A stretch of 32,000 nt of DNA from Marinobacterium sp. (GTDB lineage Bacteria > Pseudomonadota > Gammaproteobacteria > Pseudomonadales > Balneatricaceae), in assembly GCA_030602245.1 (NCBI GenBank), contig JAUWAC010000006.1, positions 105,245 to 137,244 of the forward strand, written 5' to 3'. Shown here piece by piece: positions 9,883-18,598 of this stretch. Positions within the stretch are counted from its first letter, which is position 1; every line of letters starts with the position of its first letter. Below the pieces are notes generated by a model. That model made no database searches. It saw nothing but the letters and a program-made list of their open reading frames with translations, and had not been told where the DNA came from. The position numbers and the translations under genes are program-made.

Positions 9883-11214
9883 ATGATGCGTAAAGACGTA
9901 CAACCGCGCCCCGAGGATCTGGGCTACACCTCGAGCCTCAGTGAAGCGATTCTGGAGCAGGCGCCGCGGGGCGCCAGCGCACTGCTGTGGGCGATGGCAC
10001 TGTTCATTTTCGCCGCGATCGCGTGGGCTAACTGGGCGACGCTGGACGAGATTACGCGCGGTGATGGCGAGATCATCCCGTCGCGCCAGCTGCAGGTGGT
10101 ACAGAACCTGGAAGGGGGAATCATCTCCCAGATCCTGGTGCAGGAGGGCGACCTGGTCGAGGAAGGCCAGGTGCTGATGCGGATCGAAGACAAGCGCTTC
10201 GTCGCCTCGGTCGAGGAGAACCGGGTGCGGATGCTTGAGTTGCGTGCGAAGGCGGCACGACTGGATGCCGAGGCCAACGATCAGTCCCTGCAGATGCCGG
10301 AGGGCTTTCCGGCCGAATACCAGTCGCTGGTTGAGCAGGAGGTCAAGCTGTTTGCGACCCGCAAAAGCGAGCTGGAAGCGAATATCGCGGTCCTCAATGA
10401 ACAGCGTCAGCAGCGCGAGCAGGAGCTGCGTGAGGCGCAGTCGCGAATGGATCAGGTGCGCCGCAGCTACAACCTGCTGCTGCAGGAGCTGCGGATTACC
10501 GAGCCGCTGCTCAGCGAGGGGGTGATCTCGGAGGTCGAGTATCTGCGCCTGAGGCGTCAGGTCAACGATCTGCGGGGTGAGCTGTCCAGCATCGAGCTGA
10601 GCATGCCGCGAATTCGCTCCACCATCGAAGAGATTGACCAGAAACAGCGTGAAATGGAGCTGCAGTTCCGCAACACGGCACGCGCCGAGCTCAATGAAGT
10701 ACTGGCGGAACAGGCGCGCCTGCGCGAAACCCTCGGCGGCATGGTGGACCGGATTCGTCGCACCGAAGTGCGGGCGCCGATCAAGGGCCGCGTCAAGCAG
10801 CTGCTGATCAATACCATCGGCGGCGTCGTGCGGCCGGGCGATCCACTGCTGAATATCGTGCCCTGGGAGGACCGCCTGCTGGTCGAGGCGCGAATCCGGC
10901 CGGCGGACATCGGCCAGCTGCGGGTCGGGCAGGATGCGGTGGTCAAGGTCAGTGCCTATGACTTCGCGATCTATGGCGGGCTGCCGGCAAAATTGATCTA
11001 TATTTCGCCAAGTACCATCGTTAACGAACAGGATGAGACGTTCTATCTGGTGCGTCTCGAAACCGAACGGCCGTTCCTGGGGGATGATCAGAAAATGCCG
11101 TTGATCGCCGGTATGACGGTTTCGGTGGATATACTGACAGGTAAGAAAACGGTGCTTCAGTACCTGCTGAAACCGATCACCCGGGCGCGGGAGCGCGCTC
11201 TGACGGAGCGATAG
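9883..11214 (+). CDS. HlyD-family type I secretion periplasmic adaptor (membrane fusion protein)
   Basis: 443 aa with one N-terminal TM (LLWAMALFIFAAIAWANWA). It contains GDGEIIPSRQLQVVQNLEGGIISQILVQEGDLVEEGQVL, a long coiled-coil region, and a C-terminal GMTVSVDILTGKKTVLQYLLKPI typical of T1SS MFPs. Confidence 0.9.
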   Translation: MMRKDVQPRPEDLGYTSSLSEAILEQAPRGASALLWAMALFIFAAIAWANWATLDEITRGDGEIIPSRQLQVVQNLEGGIISQILVQEGDLVEEGQVLMRIEDKRFVASVEENRVRMLELRAKAARLDAEANDQSLQMPEGFPAEYQSLVEQEVKLFATRKSELEANIAVLNEQRQQREQELREAQSRMDQVRRSYNLLLQELRITEPLLSEGVISEVEYLRLRRQVNDLRGELSSIELSMPRIRSTIEEIDQKQREMELQFRNTARAELNEVLAEQARLRETLGGMVDRIRRTEVRAPIKGRVKQLLINTIGGVVRPGDPLLNIVPWEDRLLVEARIRPADIGQLRVGQDAVVKVSAYDFAIYGGLPAKLIYISPSTIVNEQDETFYLVRLETERPFLGDDQKMPLIAGMTVSVDILTGKKTVLQYLLKPITRARERALTER

Positions 11215-11217
11215 GCT

Positions 11218-11838
11218 ATGGAGATCTTCTGTATCGTCGGGCGGGACGATATCGCTCAGCGCTGGGCGCAGGCGCTGGGTACGGAGCTGACTCGTCTTGA
11301 ACCGGCACTGTCCGCGGCCGCACTGCCTGGCAGCGGGGTCTGTCTGGCCCACTGGGGCTCGCTGACCCAGGCGCAACGGGAACTGCTGCTGACGCACGCC
11401 CACCATCACGCTTTGCTGCTGGTTGTGTTGACCGACCATCCGCAAACCCAAGAAGGGCGGGAGCTGGTGCGCCGCGGCGTCAAAGGGTACGGCAATACGT
11501 TTATTACGTCTGAACTGCTGCGCGAACTGATCGCGGCGGTGAAGGCGGGCAACATCTGGGCCGGCCCCGAGGTGTTGCAATCGGTCTTGCGCGAGCTGCT
11601 GGAACAGCTCGAGCCTCCCGCACAGACGCTGTGTGAGCGGTTTGGCCTGAGTGAGCGTGAGCATGAGGTGCTCGATGAAGTGATGACGGGTGCCAGCAAC
11701 AAGGTGGTAGCCAGACGGCTGGACATCACCGAACGCACGGTGAAAGCGCATATGAGTGCTATTCCGAGCAAGACAGGTGCGCATGATCGTGTGGAATTGA
11801 TTCTGATGGCTCAGAAGGCTGAGCTGAACGCTGTCTGA
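11218..11838 (+). CDS. LuxR/NarL-family transcriptional regulator with degenerate receiver-like N-terminal domain
   Basis: The C-terminus LSEREHEVLDEVMTGASNKVVARRLDITERTVKAHMSAI is close to the NarL HTH (ARRLDITESTVKVH). The ATG is 3 nt after the MFP stop codon. Confidence 0.85.
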   Translation: MEIFCIVGRDDIAQRWAQALGTELTRLEPALSAAALPGSGVCLAHWGSLTQAQRELLLTHAHHHALLLVVLTDHPQTQEGRELVRRGVKGYGNTFITSELLRELIAAVKAGNIWAGPEVLQSVLRELLEQLEPPAQTLCERFGLSEREHEVLDEVMTGASNKVVARRLDITERTVKAHMSAIPSKTGAHDRVELILMAQKAELNAV

Positions 11839-11873
11839 TACAGGGACAGGCCAAAACGGATAGGGGAAAGAAA

Positions 11874-11960
11874 ATGGCGTTGAAGCAGTCTATGCTGGCG
11901 GCCGCGCTGGCCACAGCAATGGTCGGACAGGCCATGCCGCGACCGTACAGGATGTGGTGA
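11874..11960 (+). other. Short ORF encoding a Sec signal peptide, apparently the displaced 5' end of the downstream TolC-family gene
   Basis: ggggaaagaaaATG, then MALKQSMLAAALATAMVGQA|MPRPYRMW* in the frame one nt off from 11954..13267. Confidence 0.6.
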
Positions 11961-13267
11961 AGGAAAATCTCGAGACCAACCCGAAAGTGGCGCGCTCCAT
12001 TCAGGCTTACCGCGCGGTGGCTAAGGAAGTGGATCAGGCCAGGGCCGGCTACCTGCCGACTGTGGATGCGACCCTGGGCTACGGATATGAGTGGACGCGC
12101 AAGGAAGTCAATGGCAACGAAGATACGGATCTGAATCGCCGTGAAGCGCGCCTGAATATCAACCAGATGCTGTTCGATGGTTTCGCAACGCCCAGCGAAG
12201 TGAAACGACAAAAGGCGCGTATGGCCTCGGCGGCGAGCGCAGCCAGTGACACGGCCGAGAACTATGCGCTGGAAGCGGCCCGCGCCTATCTGGATGTGCT
12301 GCGCCGTGAACAGCTGTTGCAGCTGGCCAAGGAAACGCTTTACAACCACGTGCGTATTTACGACCAGATCAAGCGCCGTTCCGAGTCGGGACTGGGCACC
12401 ATGGCGTCGATCCAGCAGGCCGAAGGGCGTCTGGCGCTGGCCGAAGTCAACGTGCTGGCGGCCGAAAACAACCTGCGTGATGCGCAGGCCAACTACCAGC
12501 GCGTCATCGGTTCGCCGGCACCTGAGAACCTCGAACCGCTGATGGAAACCGAGCTGCAGCTGCCGGCCACATTCGAGGAAGCGCTGGCTACGGCCAACGA
12601 AAACCATCCGATCGTCGGCGTCGCGCAAAGTGACATCGAGGCGACCTACGCGCAGCGTGATGCCGCCAAGAGTCGGATGTACCCGCGTCTGGATCTGGAG
12701 ATCGAACGGCGCTGGGACGAAAACCTCGATGGCATCGAAGGTGACGATGAAGATCTGACCGCGATGCTGCGCCTGCGTTACAACCTGTTCAATGGCGGTG
12801 CCGACAAGGCGCGCATTCGTCAGACCGAGTACCAGATCGGCGAAGCGCAGGAGATTCAGCGTGACTCGATGCGTCAGATTCGTCAGAGCCTGGAGCTGTC
12901 CTGGAACGCGTACGAGATCCTGACTCGCCAGATCACCTATCTGCAGCAGCACGTCGCCTCCAGCGAACAGACCCGCGATTCCTACAAGAAACAGTTCGAC
13001 ATCGGCCAGCGCTCGCTGCTTGACCTGCTCGATACCGAGAACGAGGTGTTCTCGGCCAAGAACCAGCTGGCCGAAGCTCAGCTCGACCAGCAGATCGCCA
13101 AGCTGCGCATCCTCAACGGCATGGGTAAATTGCTGGATGAAATGGGGATCGAGCTGCAGCTGGACGAAGCGGTGGCGATGGCAGATGAAGCCGGCATGGC
13201 GGACCAGTCGGCTGAGCAGGGCGAGGCGCCAACCGACGGCACCGATCAGGCCGCCAGCGCCAGCTGA
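11954..13267 (+). CDS. TolC-family outer membrane efflux/secretion protein (T1SS OMP); N-terminus apparently frameshifted, possibly a pseudogene or an assembly error
   Basis: VKENLETNPKVARSIQAYRAVAKEVDQARAGYLPTVDATLGYGYE..., then a second repeat (ALATANENHPIVGVAQSDIEA...YPRLDLE...) and a tail ...GQRSLLDLLDTENEVFSAKNQL. This is the typical duplicated TolC architecture. There is no signal peptide in its own frame. Confidence 0.8.
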   Translation: MVKENLETNPKVARSIQAYRAVAKEVDQARAGYLPTVDATLGYGYEWTRKEVNGNEDTDLNRREARLNINQMLFDGFATPSEVKRQKARMASAASAASDTAENYALEAARAYLDVLRREQLLQLAKETLYNHVRIYDQIKRRSESGLGTMASIQQAEGRLALAEVNVLAAENNLRDAQANYQRVIGSPAPENLEPLMETELQLPATFEEALATANENHPIVGVAQSDIEATYAQRDAAKSRMYPRLDLEIERRWDENLDGIEGDDEDLTAMLRLRYNLFNGGADKARIRQTEYQIGEAQEIQRDSMRQIRQSLELSWNAYEILTRQITYLQQHVASSEQTRDSYKKQFDIGQRSLLDLLDTENEVFSAKNQLAEAQLDQQIAKLRILNGMGKLLDEMGIELQLDEAVAMADEAGMADQSAEQGEAPTDGTDQAASAS

Positions 13268-13325
13268 GGCCGATTGCATAAGCCGGGGGCGGTGGCTAAA
13301 ATCCCGCCCACCTGGGTTTTGCCTG

Positions 13326-13359
13326 AGAGGGTTGCAGGGCTGCAACCCTCTTTTCGTTT
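13326..13359 (+). terminator. Rho-independent terminator after the T1SS operon
   Basis: agagggttgca-gggc-tgcaaccctct (11-bp perfect stem) followed by tttcgtttc. A weaker GC hairpin (gggcgg...ccgccc, about 13287-13309) precedes it. Confidence 0.75.
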
Positions 13360-13390
13360 CTGACCCTCATACCGTTTCATAAGGGCGCCG

Positions 13391-14428
13391 ATGAAATCGC
13401 ACAAGATACTTCAAGCGCCGATCCCGATGCGCTGGGTCGGTCCTCTGCGGATCAGTGGCAACGTGCTCAACGACGAACTGAGCGTGCCGCTGGCGACCTA
13501 CGAGACGCCGCTGTGGCCTTCGGTCGGGCGCGGTGCGCGGGTCTCCATGCTCTGCGAAGAGGGTATCAAGACCACCCTCATCGACGAGCGCATGACCCGC
13601 TCGATTCTGCTGGAGGCCCCGGACGCACTGGCGGCCCATCAGGCGGTCGAGTCGATCAAGGCGCGCCGCGACGATCTCAATGCCGTCGTCGCTCAGTCAA
13701 GCCGCTTCGCGCAGCTGATCGACATACACAGCCAGATCGTCGGCAATCTGATCTATCTGCGCCTCGAGTTTACGACCGGCGACGCATCCGGGCACAACAT
13801 GGTGACCAACGCCGCTGACCGGCTGTTTCCGTGGCTGCTGGGCGAATATCCACAGCTGCGCTACAGCTCCATCTCGGCCAACTACTGCTCGGACAAGAAA
13901 GCGACGGCGGTGAACGGCATTCTCGGCCGCGGTAAATACGTCGTCAGTGAGATTCTGATTCCGCGTGCGTTGTGCGAGCGGCGCCTGAAGACGACGCCGG
14001 AGAAGATCGTTGATCTCAACATCAAAAAGAACCTGATCGGCACCCTGATGGCCGGCGGGTTACGCAGTGCCAACGCCCACTACGCCAACATGCTGCTGGC
14101 CTTCTATCTGGCCACCGGCCAGGACGCGGCCAACATCATCGAGGGCTCGCAGGGGGTTGTGCACGCGGAAGTCCGCGATGGCGATCTTTACTTCTCCTGC
14201 ACGCTGCCAAACCTGATAGTCGGCTCCGTCGGTAACGGCAAAGGCATCGACTTTGTCGAGGACAATCTGGCTCGGCTGGGGTGCCGCGAGCCGCGTGAGC
14301 CCGGAGCCAACGCCCGTCGACTGGCCGCGATCTGTGCTGCCACGGTGCTGTGCGGGGAGCTCTCGCTGCTGGCGGCACAAACCAATCCCGGCGAGCTGAT
14401 GGACGCCCATATTCGACTGGAGCGGTGA
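13391..14428 (+). CDS. hmgR: HMG-CoA reductase, short soluble class I form (345 aa)
   Basis: PMRWVGPLRISGN, VPLATYETPLWPSVGRGAR, TGDASGHNM, NYCSDKKATAVNGILGRGK, ATGQDAAN and GELMDAHIRLER match class-I catalytic Glu/Lys/Asp/His regions. Overall it resembles the actinomycete-type enzyme as I recall it. Confidence 0.92.
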   Translation: MKSHKILQAPIPMRWVGPLRISGNVLNDELSVPLATYETPLWPSVGRGARVSMLCEEGIKTTLIDERMTRSILLEAPDALAAHQAVESIKARRDDLNAVVAQSSRFAQLIDIHSQIVGNLIYLRLEFTTGDASGHNMVTNAADRLFPWLLGEYPQLRYSSISANYCSDKKATAVNGILGRGKYVVSEILIPRALCERRLKTTPEKIVDLNIKKNLIGTLMAGGLRSANAHYANMLLAFYLATGQDAANIIEGSQGVVHAEVRDGDLYFSCTLPNLIVGSVGNGKGIDFVEDNLARLGCREPREPGANARRLAAICAATVLCGELSLLAAQTNPGELMDAHIRLER

Positions 14429-15468
14429 TGAGCGATCGCAGCGACGATCAGACCAACGAGCGCAAGATCGAGCATATCCGCGCCATCGAACGGGATCCGG
14501 CCACCGACCGTGACGGTCGCTGGTTCGACCGCATTCTGCTTGAGCACCGTGCGCTGCCGGAGCTGTCACTGGCCGCCGTGGATCCGCAGGTCGAATTTCT
14601 TGGCAAGCGCCTGAGCTTTCCATTGCTGATCTCGTCGATGACCGGCGGCGATCACGAGCAGGTACGTCGTATCAATCGCAATCTGGCGCTGGCGGCGGAG
14701 CGCTGTGGCGTTGCGCTGGCGGTCGGCTCGCAGCGGGTGATGTTCCGACAGCCGTCGGCCCGTGAGAGTTTCGAGCTGCGCTCACTGGCGCCGAACACGG
14801 TGCTGATCGGCAATATCGGTGCGGTACAGCTGAACTGCGGCTTCGGCATCGACGAGTGTCGTGAAGCGGTCCGGGTGTTGGGTGCGGACGGTCTCTACCT
14901 GCACCTGAACCCGTTGCAGGAAGCGGTGCAGCCCGAGGGCGACACCGATTTTGCGGGTCTGGTCGAGCGCATCGGCGTGATCGTGCGCAGTCTTGAGGTG
15001 CCTGTGCTGCTGAAAGAGGTTGGCAGCGGGCTGGCACCGGCTGATATCGAGGCCGGTTTTGCGCAGGGCGTGCGCCATTTCGATATCGCCGGCAGTGGCG
15101 GGACGTCCTGGAGCCGGATCGAACACCATCGTCGCGCCGATGGCAGCGATATCGGCTTGCGGTTTCAGGACTGGGGCGTGCCGACGCCGCTGGCGCTGAA
15201 ACGCGCCGAAGCCTGGTCTGAGCGCGCGACGCTGATCGCCAGTGGCGGCCTCAGAGATGGGATTGATATGGCCAAATCTGTTATACTCGGCGCCTCGCTT
15301 TGCGGTATGGCAGCGCCCTTCCTGCGCCCGGCCAGCGAGTCTGTCGAGGCCGTGGTCGAGGCGATTGAACGCCTCCGACGTGAATTTGTAACGGCGATGT
15401 TTCTGCTCGGTACGCCCGATGTCGCGAGCCTTCGCAACAATCGGGCGCTGATTGTAGAAGAGCGGTGA
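14428..15468 (+). CDS. fni: Type 2 (FMN-dependent) isopentenyl-diphosphate delta-isomerase
   Basis: MSDRSDDQTNERKIEHI..., ...LLISSMTGG..., ...ASGGLRDGIDMAKSVILGA. The ATG overlaps the hmgR stop (gTGATGa). The first 26 codons of the track ORF 14350.. lie inside hmgR. Confidence 0.9.
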   Translation: MSDRSDDQTNERKIEHIRAIERDPATDRDGRWFDRILLEHRALPELSLAAVDPQVEFLGKRLSFPLLISSMTGGDHEQVRRINRNLALAAERCGVALAVGSQRVMFRQPSARESFELRSLAPNTVLIGNIGAVQLNCGFGIDECREAVRVLGADGLYLHLNPLQEAVQPEGDTDFAGLVERIGVIVRSLEVPVLLKEVGSGLAPADIEAGFAQGVRHFDIAGSGGTSWSRIEHHRRADGSDIGLRFQDWGVPTPLALKRAEAWSERATLIASGGLRDGIDMAKSVILGASLCGMAAPFLRPASESVEAVVEAIERLRREFVTAMFLLGTPDVASLRNNRALIVEER

Positions 15469-15483
15469 GGATCCAAGCCAAAG

Positions 15484-16650
15484 ATGTCCGTGGGTATAGA
15501 CGAAATCAGTTTCTACACGTCCAGCTACTACTTTGATCTCAGGACGCTGGCCGAGGTCCAGAACACCGATCCGGAAAAGTACTACGTCGGGATAGGTCAG
15601 GAGAAAATGGGCATGGCGGCCCCCGACGAGGATGTGGTGACGATGGCAGCCAACGCCGCGTTGCCGCTGATCGAGCGGGTCGGCCCTGATGCTGTCAGCA
15701 CGCTGATGTTTGCCACCGAAACCGGCATCGACCAGTCCAAGGCGGCCGGGGTGTATGTGCATCGCCTGCTCGGGCTGAATCCGAACTGCCGTGTCGTTGA
15801 AATGAAGCAGGCATGCTACAGCGCCACGGCGGCGCTGCAGATGGCCTGTGCGCTGGTCGCACGTGATCCGTCGCGCAAGGTGCTGGTGATTGCATCCGAT
15901 ATCGCCCGCTACGACCTCGATACCCCGGGGGAGGCGACGCAGGGCTGTGGCGCCGTGGCGATGCTGATCAGCGCCAATCCACGTCTGGTCGAGATCGACC
16001 CGGAAGTGGGCAACCATACCGAAGACGTGATGGACTTCTGGCGCCCGAACTATCGCACAACGGCGCTGGTGGACGGCAAATACTCGACCAAGATCTATCT
16101 CAAGTCGCTCAAGCGCGCCTGGGAAAACTTCCGTGTTGCGAGCGGGCGCCGCTTCGATGAACTGAGCTATTTCTGCTACCATCTGCCGTTCACGCGGATG
16201 GCGCAGAAGGCGCATCAGCATCTGGCCAAGCTGAACAAGGCCAGCCTGAACGCGGAGCAGATCGAAGATCAGATCGCCCCGACGCTGAACTACAACCGCA
16301 TCATCGGCAACAGCTATACCGCGTCGATGTACATCGGTCTGTGCTCGCTGCTGGAGAACTGCCGCGAGGATCTGGCCGGACAGCGCATCGGCTTCTTCAG
16401 CTACGGCTCCGGCTGCGTGGCCGAGTTCTACAGCGGCAGCGTCGTGGCGGGCTACCGTGACTGTCTGCATGTGCAGCGTCACCGCGACATGCTCGAGCAG
16501 CGCGAATCCCTCGGCTACGAGGAGTATCTGAAGCTCTATCACTACCCGGATTTCCGTGACGGCGAAGAGCATGAACTGCCGCATGTGACCCGCGGCCGCT
16601 TCCGCCTTGCGGCAATCTCACACCATAAGCGCGAATACGTGCCCTGCTGA
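15484..16650 (+). CDS. mvaS: Hydroxymethylglutaryl-CoA synthase
   Basis: MSVGIDEISFYTSSYYFDL..., ...VEMKQACYSATAAL (catalytic Cys context), ...FFSYGSGCVAEFYSG; 388 aa. Confidence 0.92.
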   Translation: MSVGIDEISFYTSSYYFDLRTLAEVQNTDPEKYYVGIGQEKMGMAAPDEDVVTMAANAALPLIERVGPDAVSTLMFATETGIDQSKAAGVYVHRLLGLNPNCRVVEMKQACYSATAALQMACALVARDPSRKVLVIASDIARYDLDTPGEATQGCGAVAMLISANPRLVEIDPEVGNHTEDVMDFWRPNYRTTALVDGKYSTKIYLKSLKRAWENFRVASGRRFDELSYFCYHLPFTRMAQKAHQHLAKLNKASLNAEQIEDQIAPTLNYNRIIGNSYTASMYIGLCSLLENCREDLAGQRIGFFSYGSGCVAEFYSGSVVAGYRDCLHVQRHRDMLEQRESLGYEEYLKLYHYPDFRDGEEHELPHVTRGRFRLAAISHHKREYVPC

Positions 16651-17660
16651 TGCGCGTCGCCTGCGCCCCGGGCAAGGTGATCCTCAGCGGCGAGCACGCG
16701 GTCGTGTACGGTGCGCCGGCGCTGGCGCTGGCGGTGGATCGCCACATGCGGGTCTACTACGAGCCCGACCGGCTGCCACGCCTGAGCTGGCACGCGCAGG
16801 AGCGCACTCATGTGCTGGGGCTCGACAAGTTCGCCGCGCTGCGGCGGCGGCTCGATGCCCATTTCGAGCGCTACCTGCGCGGTGAGCTGTCGATCACCGA
16901 CATTCTCCGCAAACCGGCGGAGCTCGCCTTCTACGCCGTTGACATGGCCCGCATGCTGTCCGGTCTGGACAGCATTCCCCGCGGCAGTGTGCGCATCGAT
17001 TCCGATATTCCGATCGGCGCCGGGATGGGGTCCTCGGCGGCCCTGATCGCGGCGCTGCTGACCCTGTTCGGTCATTTCGATGACCGCGATCAGCTGATCC
17101 GTCAGGTACACCACTGCGAACGGCTGCAGCATGGCCGGGGCAGTCTCATCGACGCGGCGACGGTCTGCAGCGGCGGTCTGGTGCAGCTGCGCGATGGCCA
17201 TATCAGTCGTCCGCCTCTGGCCCCCCAAGGGTTGGGGCCGGGCTGGTTCTGGGTCTTTACCGGGACGCCGGCGGCGACGACCGGTGCCTGCGTCGAACGG
17301 GTGCGTCAGGGCTTTGGTCAGTCGGCGATCTGGGATGAGTTCGCGGCCCTGACCGCGGCGATCGAGCAAGCGCTGGCGGATGCGCGGCCGTTGACGGAAC
17401 TGATCCGGGCCAACCACCGTCTGCTGACCCGGATCGGCGTGGTACCGGCGCCGCTGGTGCGGTTTGCCGAACAGGTCGAACAGCGCGGCGGCGCGGCCAA
17501 GGTCAGCGGTGCCGGCTCCGTGTCGGGCGACAGTGGCGGTCTGATGCTGGTCTGGCTGCCAGAGGGCACGCTGGCGCAGCTGCAGCTGCCGGACGATTGG
17601 CACTGGGGAGAACTGAAGGAGGAGCCGAACGGTGTGCGCATCCTCGACGATCAGGGTTAG
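16650..17660 (+). CDS. mvk: Mevalonate kinase (GHMP family)
   Basis: APGKVILSGEHAVVYG, IPIGAGMGSSAALIAALL, HGRGSLIDAA and AKVSGAGS. The ATG overlaps the mvaS stop (cTGATGc). Confidence 0.88.
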   Translation: MRVACAPGKVILSGEHAVVYGAPALALAVDRHMRVYYEPDRLPRLSWHAQERTHVLGLDKFAALRRRLDAHFERYLRGELSITDILRKPAELAFYAVDMARMLSGLDSIPRGSVRIDSDIPIGAGMGSSAALIAALLTLFGHFDDRDQLIRQVHHCERLQHGRGSLIDAATVCSGGLVQLRDGHISRPPLAPQGLGPGWFWVFTGTPAATTGACVERVRQGFGQSAIWDEFAALTAAIEQALADARPLTELIRANHRLLTRIGVVPAPLVRFAEQVEQRGGAAKVSGAGSVSGDSGGLMLVWLPEGTLAQLQLPDDWHWGELKEEPNGVRILDDQG

Positions 17661-18567
17661 CGCACCCGGCAGCATCATGCTGCTGGGCGAGCACGCGGTG
17701 CTCAGGGGGGCGATGGCGATCGCCTGTGCGGTGGATAAGTATATCCATGTGACGCTGGTGCCGCGCAGCGATCGCCTGGTCTGTGTCGAGAGTGCGCTCG
17801 GCGACTACCGGGCCAGTCTCGATGAGCTGCCCGATGCGCCGGCACTGGCGTTCGTCGTCGCGGCGCTGCGACGCTGGCGTCCGCGCCTGCCGGGCGGCTT
17901 CACGCTGCGCATCGAGTCGGAATTTTCCCATACCGTCGGGCTGGGTTCCTCCGCCGCCGTGGTGGCTGCCAGCTGTGTTGCGCTGGCCCGCTTTGCCGGT
18001 GAGACGCCGACGCCGGAGTGCCTGTTTGACGAGGCATTGGCGGTGATCCATGACGTGCAGCAGGGGCGTGGTTCCGGTACCGATCTGGCCGCGAGCCTGT
18101 ATGGCGGTCTGATCGCCTACCGCGTCGAGCCGCGCCAGCTCGAACCGTTGCCGGGGCTGCCGCCGCTGGGGCTCTGGTATGTCGGGTACAAGATGAAAAC
18201 GCCGGCGGTGCTGGCGCTGGTCGAGGGCCACGCGGCTCGCTACCCTGAACTGTACCGCGGGCTCGATCAGCTGATGGCGGACTGCAGCGAGCGTGCGGTG
18301 GCCGCGATCCGCGCGCAGGACTGGCGTGCCCTCGGCGAGCTGATGAATCTCTATCAGGGGCTGATGGACGCGCTGGGGGTCTGCGACCGTCAGCTGGCCG
18401 CGCTGGTCTATCGTCTGCGCGAGGGCGAGGGCGTCTTCGGCAGCAAGATCTCCGGATCCGGGCTGGGCGACTGCGTCGTCACGCTGGGACATGATCCGGC
18501 GCTGCAGGCGCCTGGTGAGCCGATCGATATAGCGATCTCGGCGTGCGGCGCGCTGGCCGCACGCTGA
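17632..18567 (+). CDS. mvaK2: Second GHMP kinase, most likely phosphomevalonate kinase
   Basis: IRVSAPGSIMLLGEHAVL, VGLGSSAAVVAAS, GRGSGTDLAASLYGGLIAY and SKISGSGLGDCVVTL. The last two resemble ERG8-type PMK motifs (GSG.D.AAS..GG.IAY, SGAG.GDC). Its position between mvk and mvaD fits. The start at 17632 overlaps mvk by 29 nt and is uncertain. Confidence 0.65.
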   Translation: MCASSTIRVSAPGSIMLLGEHAVLRGAMAIACAVDKYIHVTLVPRSDRLVCVESALGDYRASLDELPDAPALAFVVAALRRWRPRLPGGFTLRIESEFSHTVGLGSSAAVVAASCVALARFAGETPTPECLFDEALAVIHDVQQGRGSGTDLAASLYGGLIAYRVEPRQLEPLPGLPPLGLWYVGYKMKTPAVLALVEGHAARYPELYRGLDQLMADCSERAVAAIRAQDWRALGELMNLYQGLMDALGVCDRQLAALVYRLREGEGVFGSKISGSGLGDCVVTLGHDPALQAPGEPIDIAISACGALAAR

Positions 18568-18598
18568 ACGCACTGCGACAACGAACATCGAGGTCACG

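Noticed and set aside
11925-11960. Programmed -1 ribosomal frameshift joining the signal-peptide ORF to the TolC-family ORF
   Set aside because: There is no slippery heptamer (X XXY YYZ) at the junction (cag gcc atg ccg) and no obvious downstream pseudoknot. A 1-nt indel in a short G/C run is the simpler explanation.
9865-13345. Two very long minus-strand ORFs (9865..11784, 639 aa; 11759..13345, 528 aa) opposite the MFP, LuxR and OMP genes
   Set aside because: Their length is tempting, but the + strand products have clear HlyD, LuxR HTH and TolC signatures. The minus translations are Arg/Gln/Leu-rich with no motifs, as expected in GC-rich DNA where stop codons are rare.
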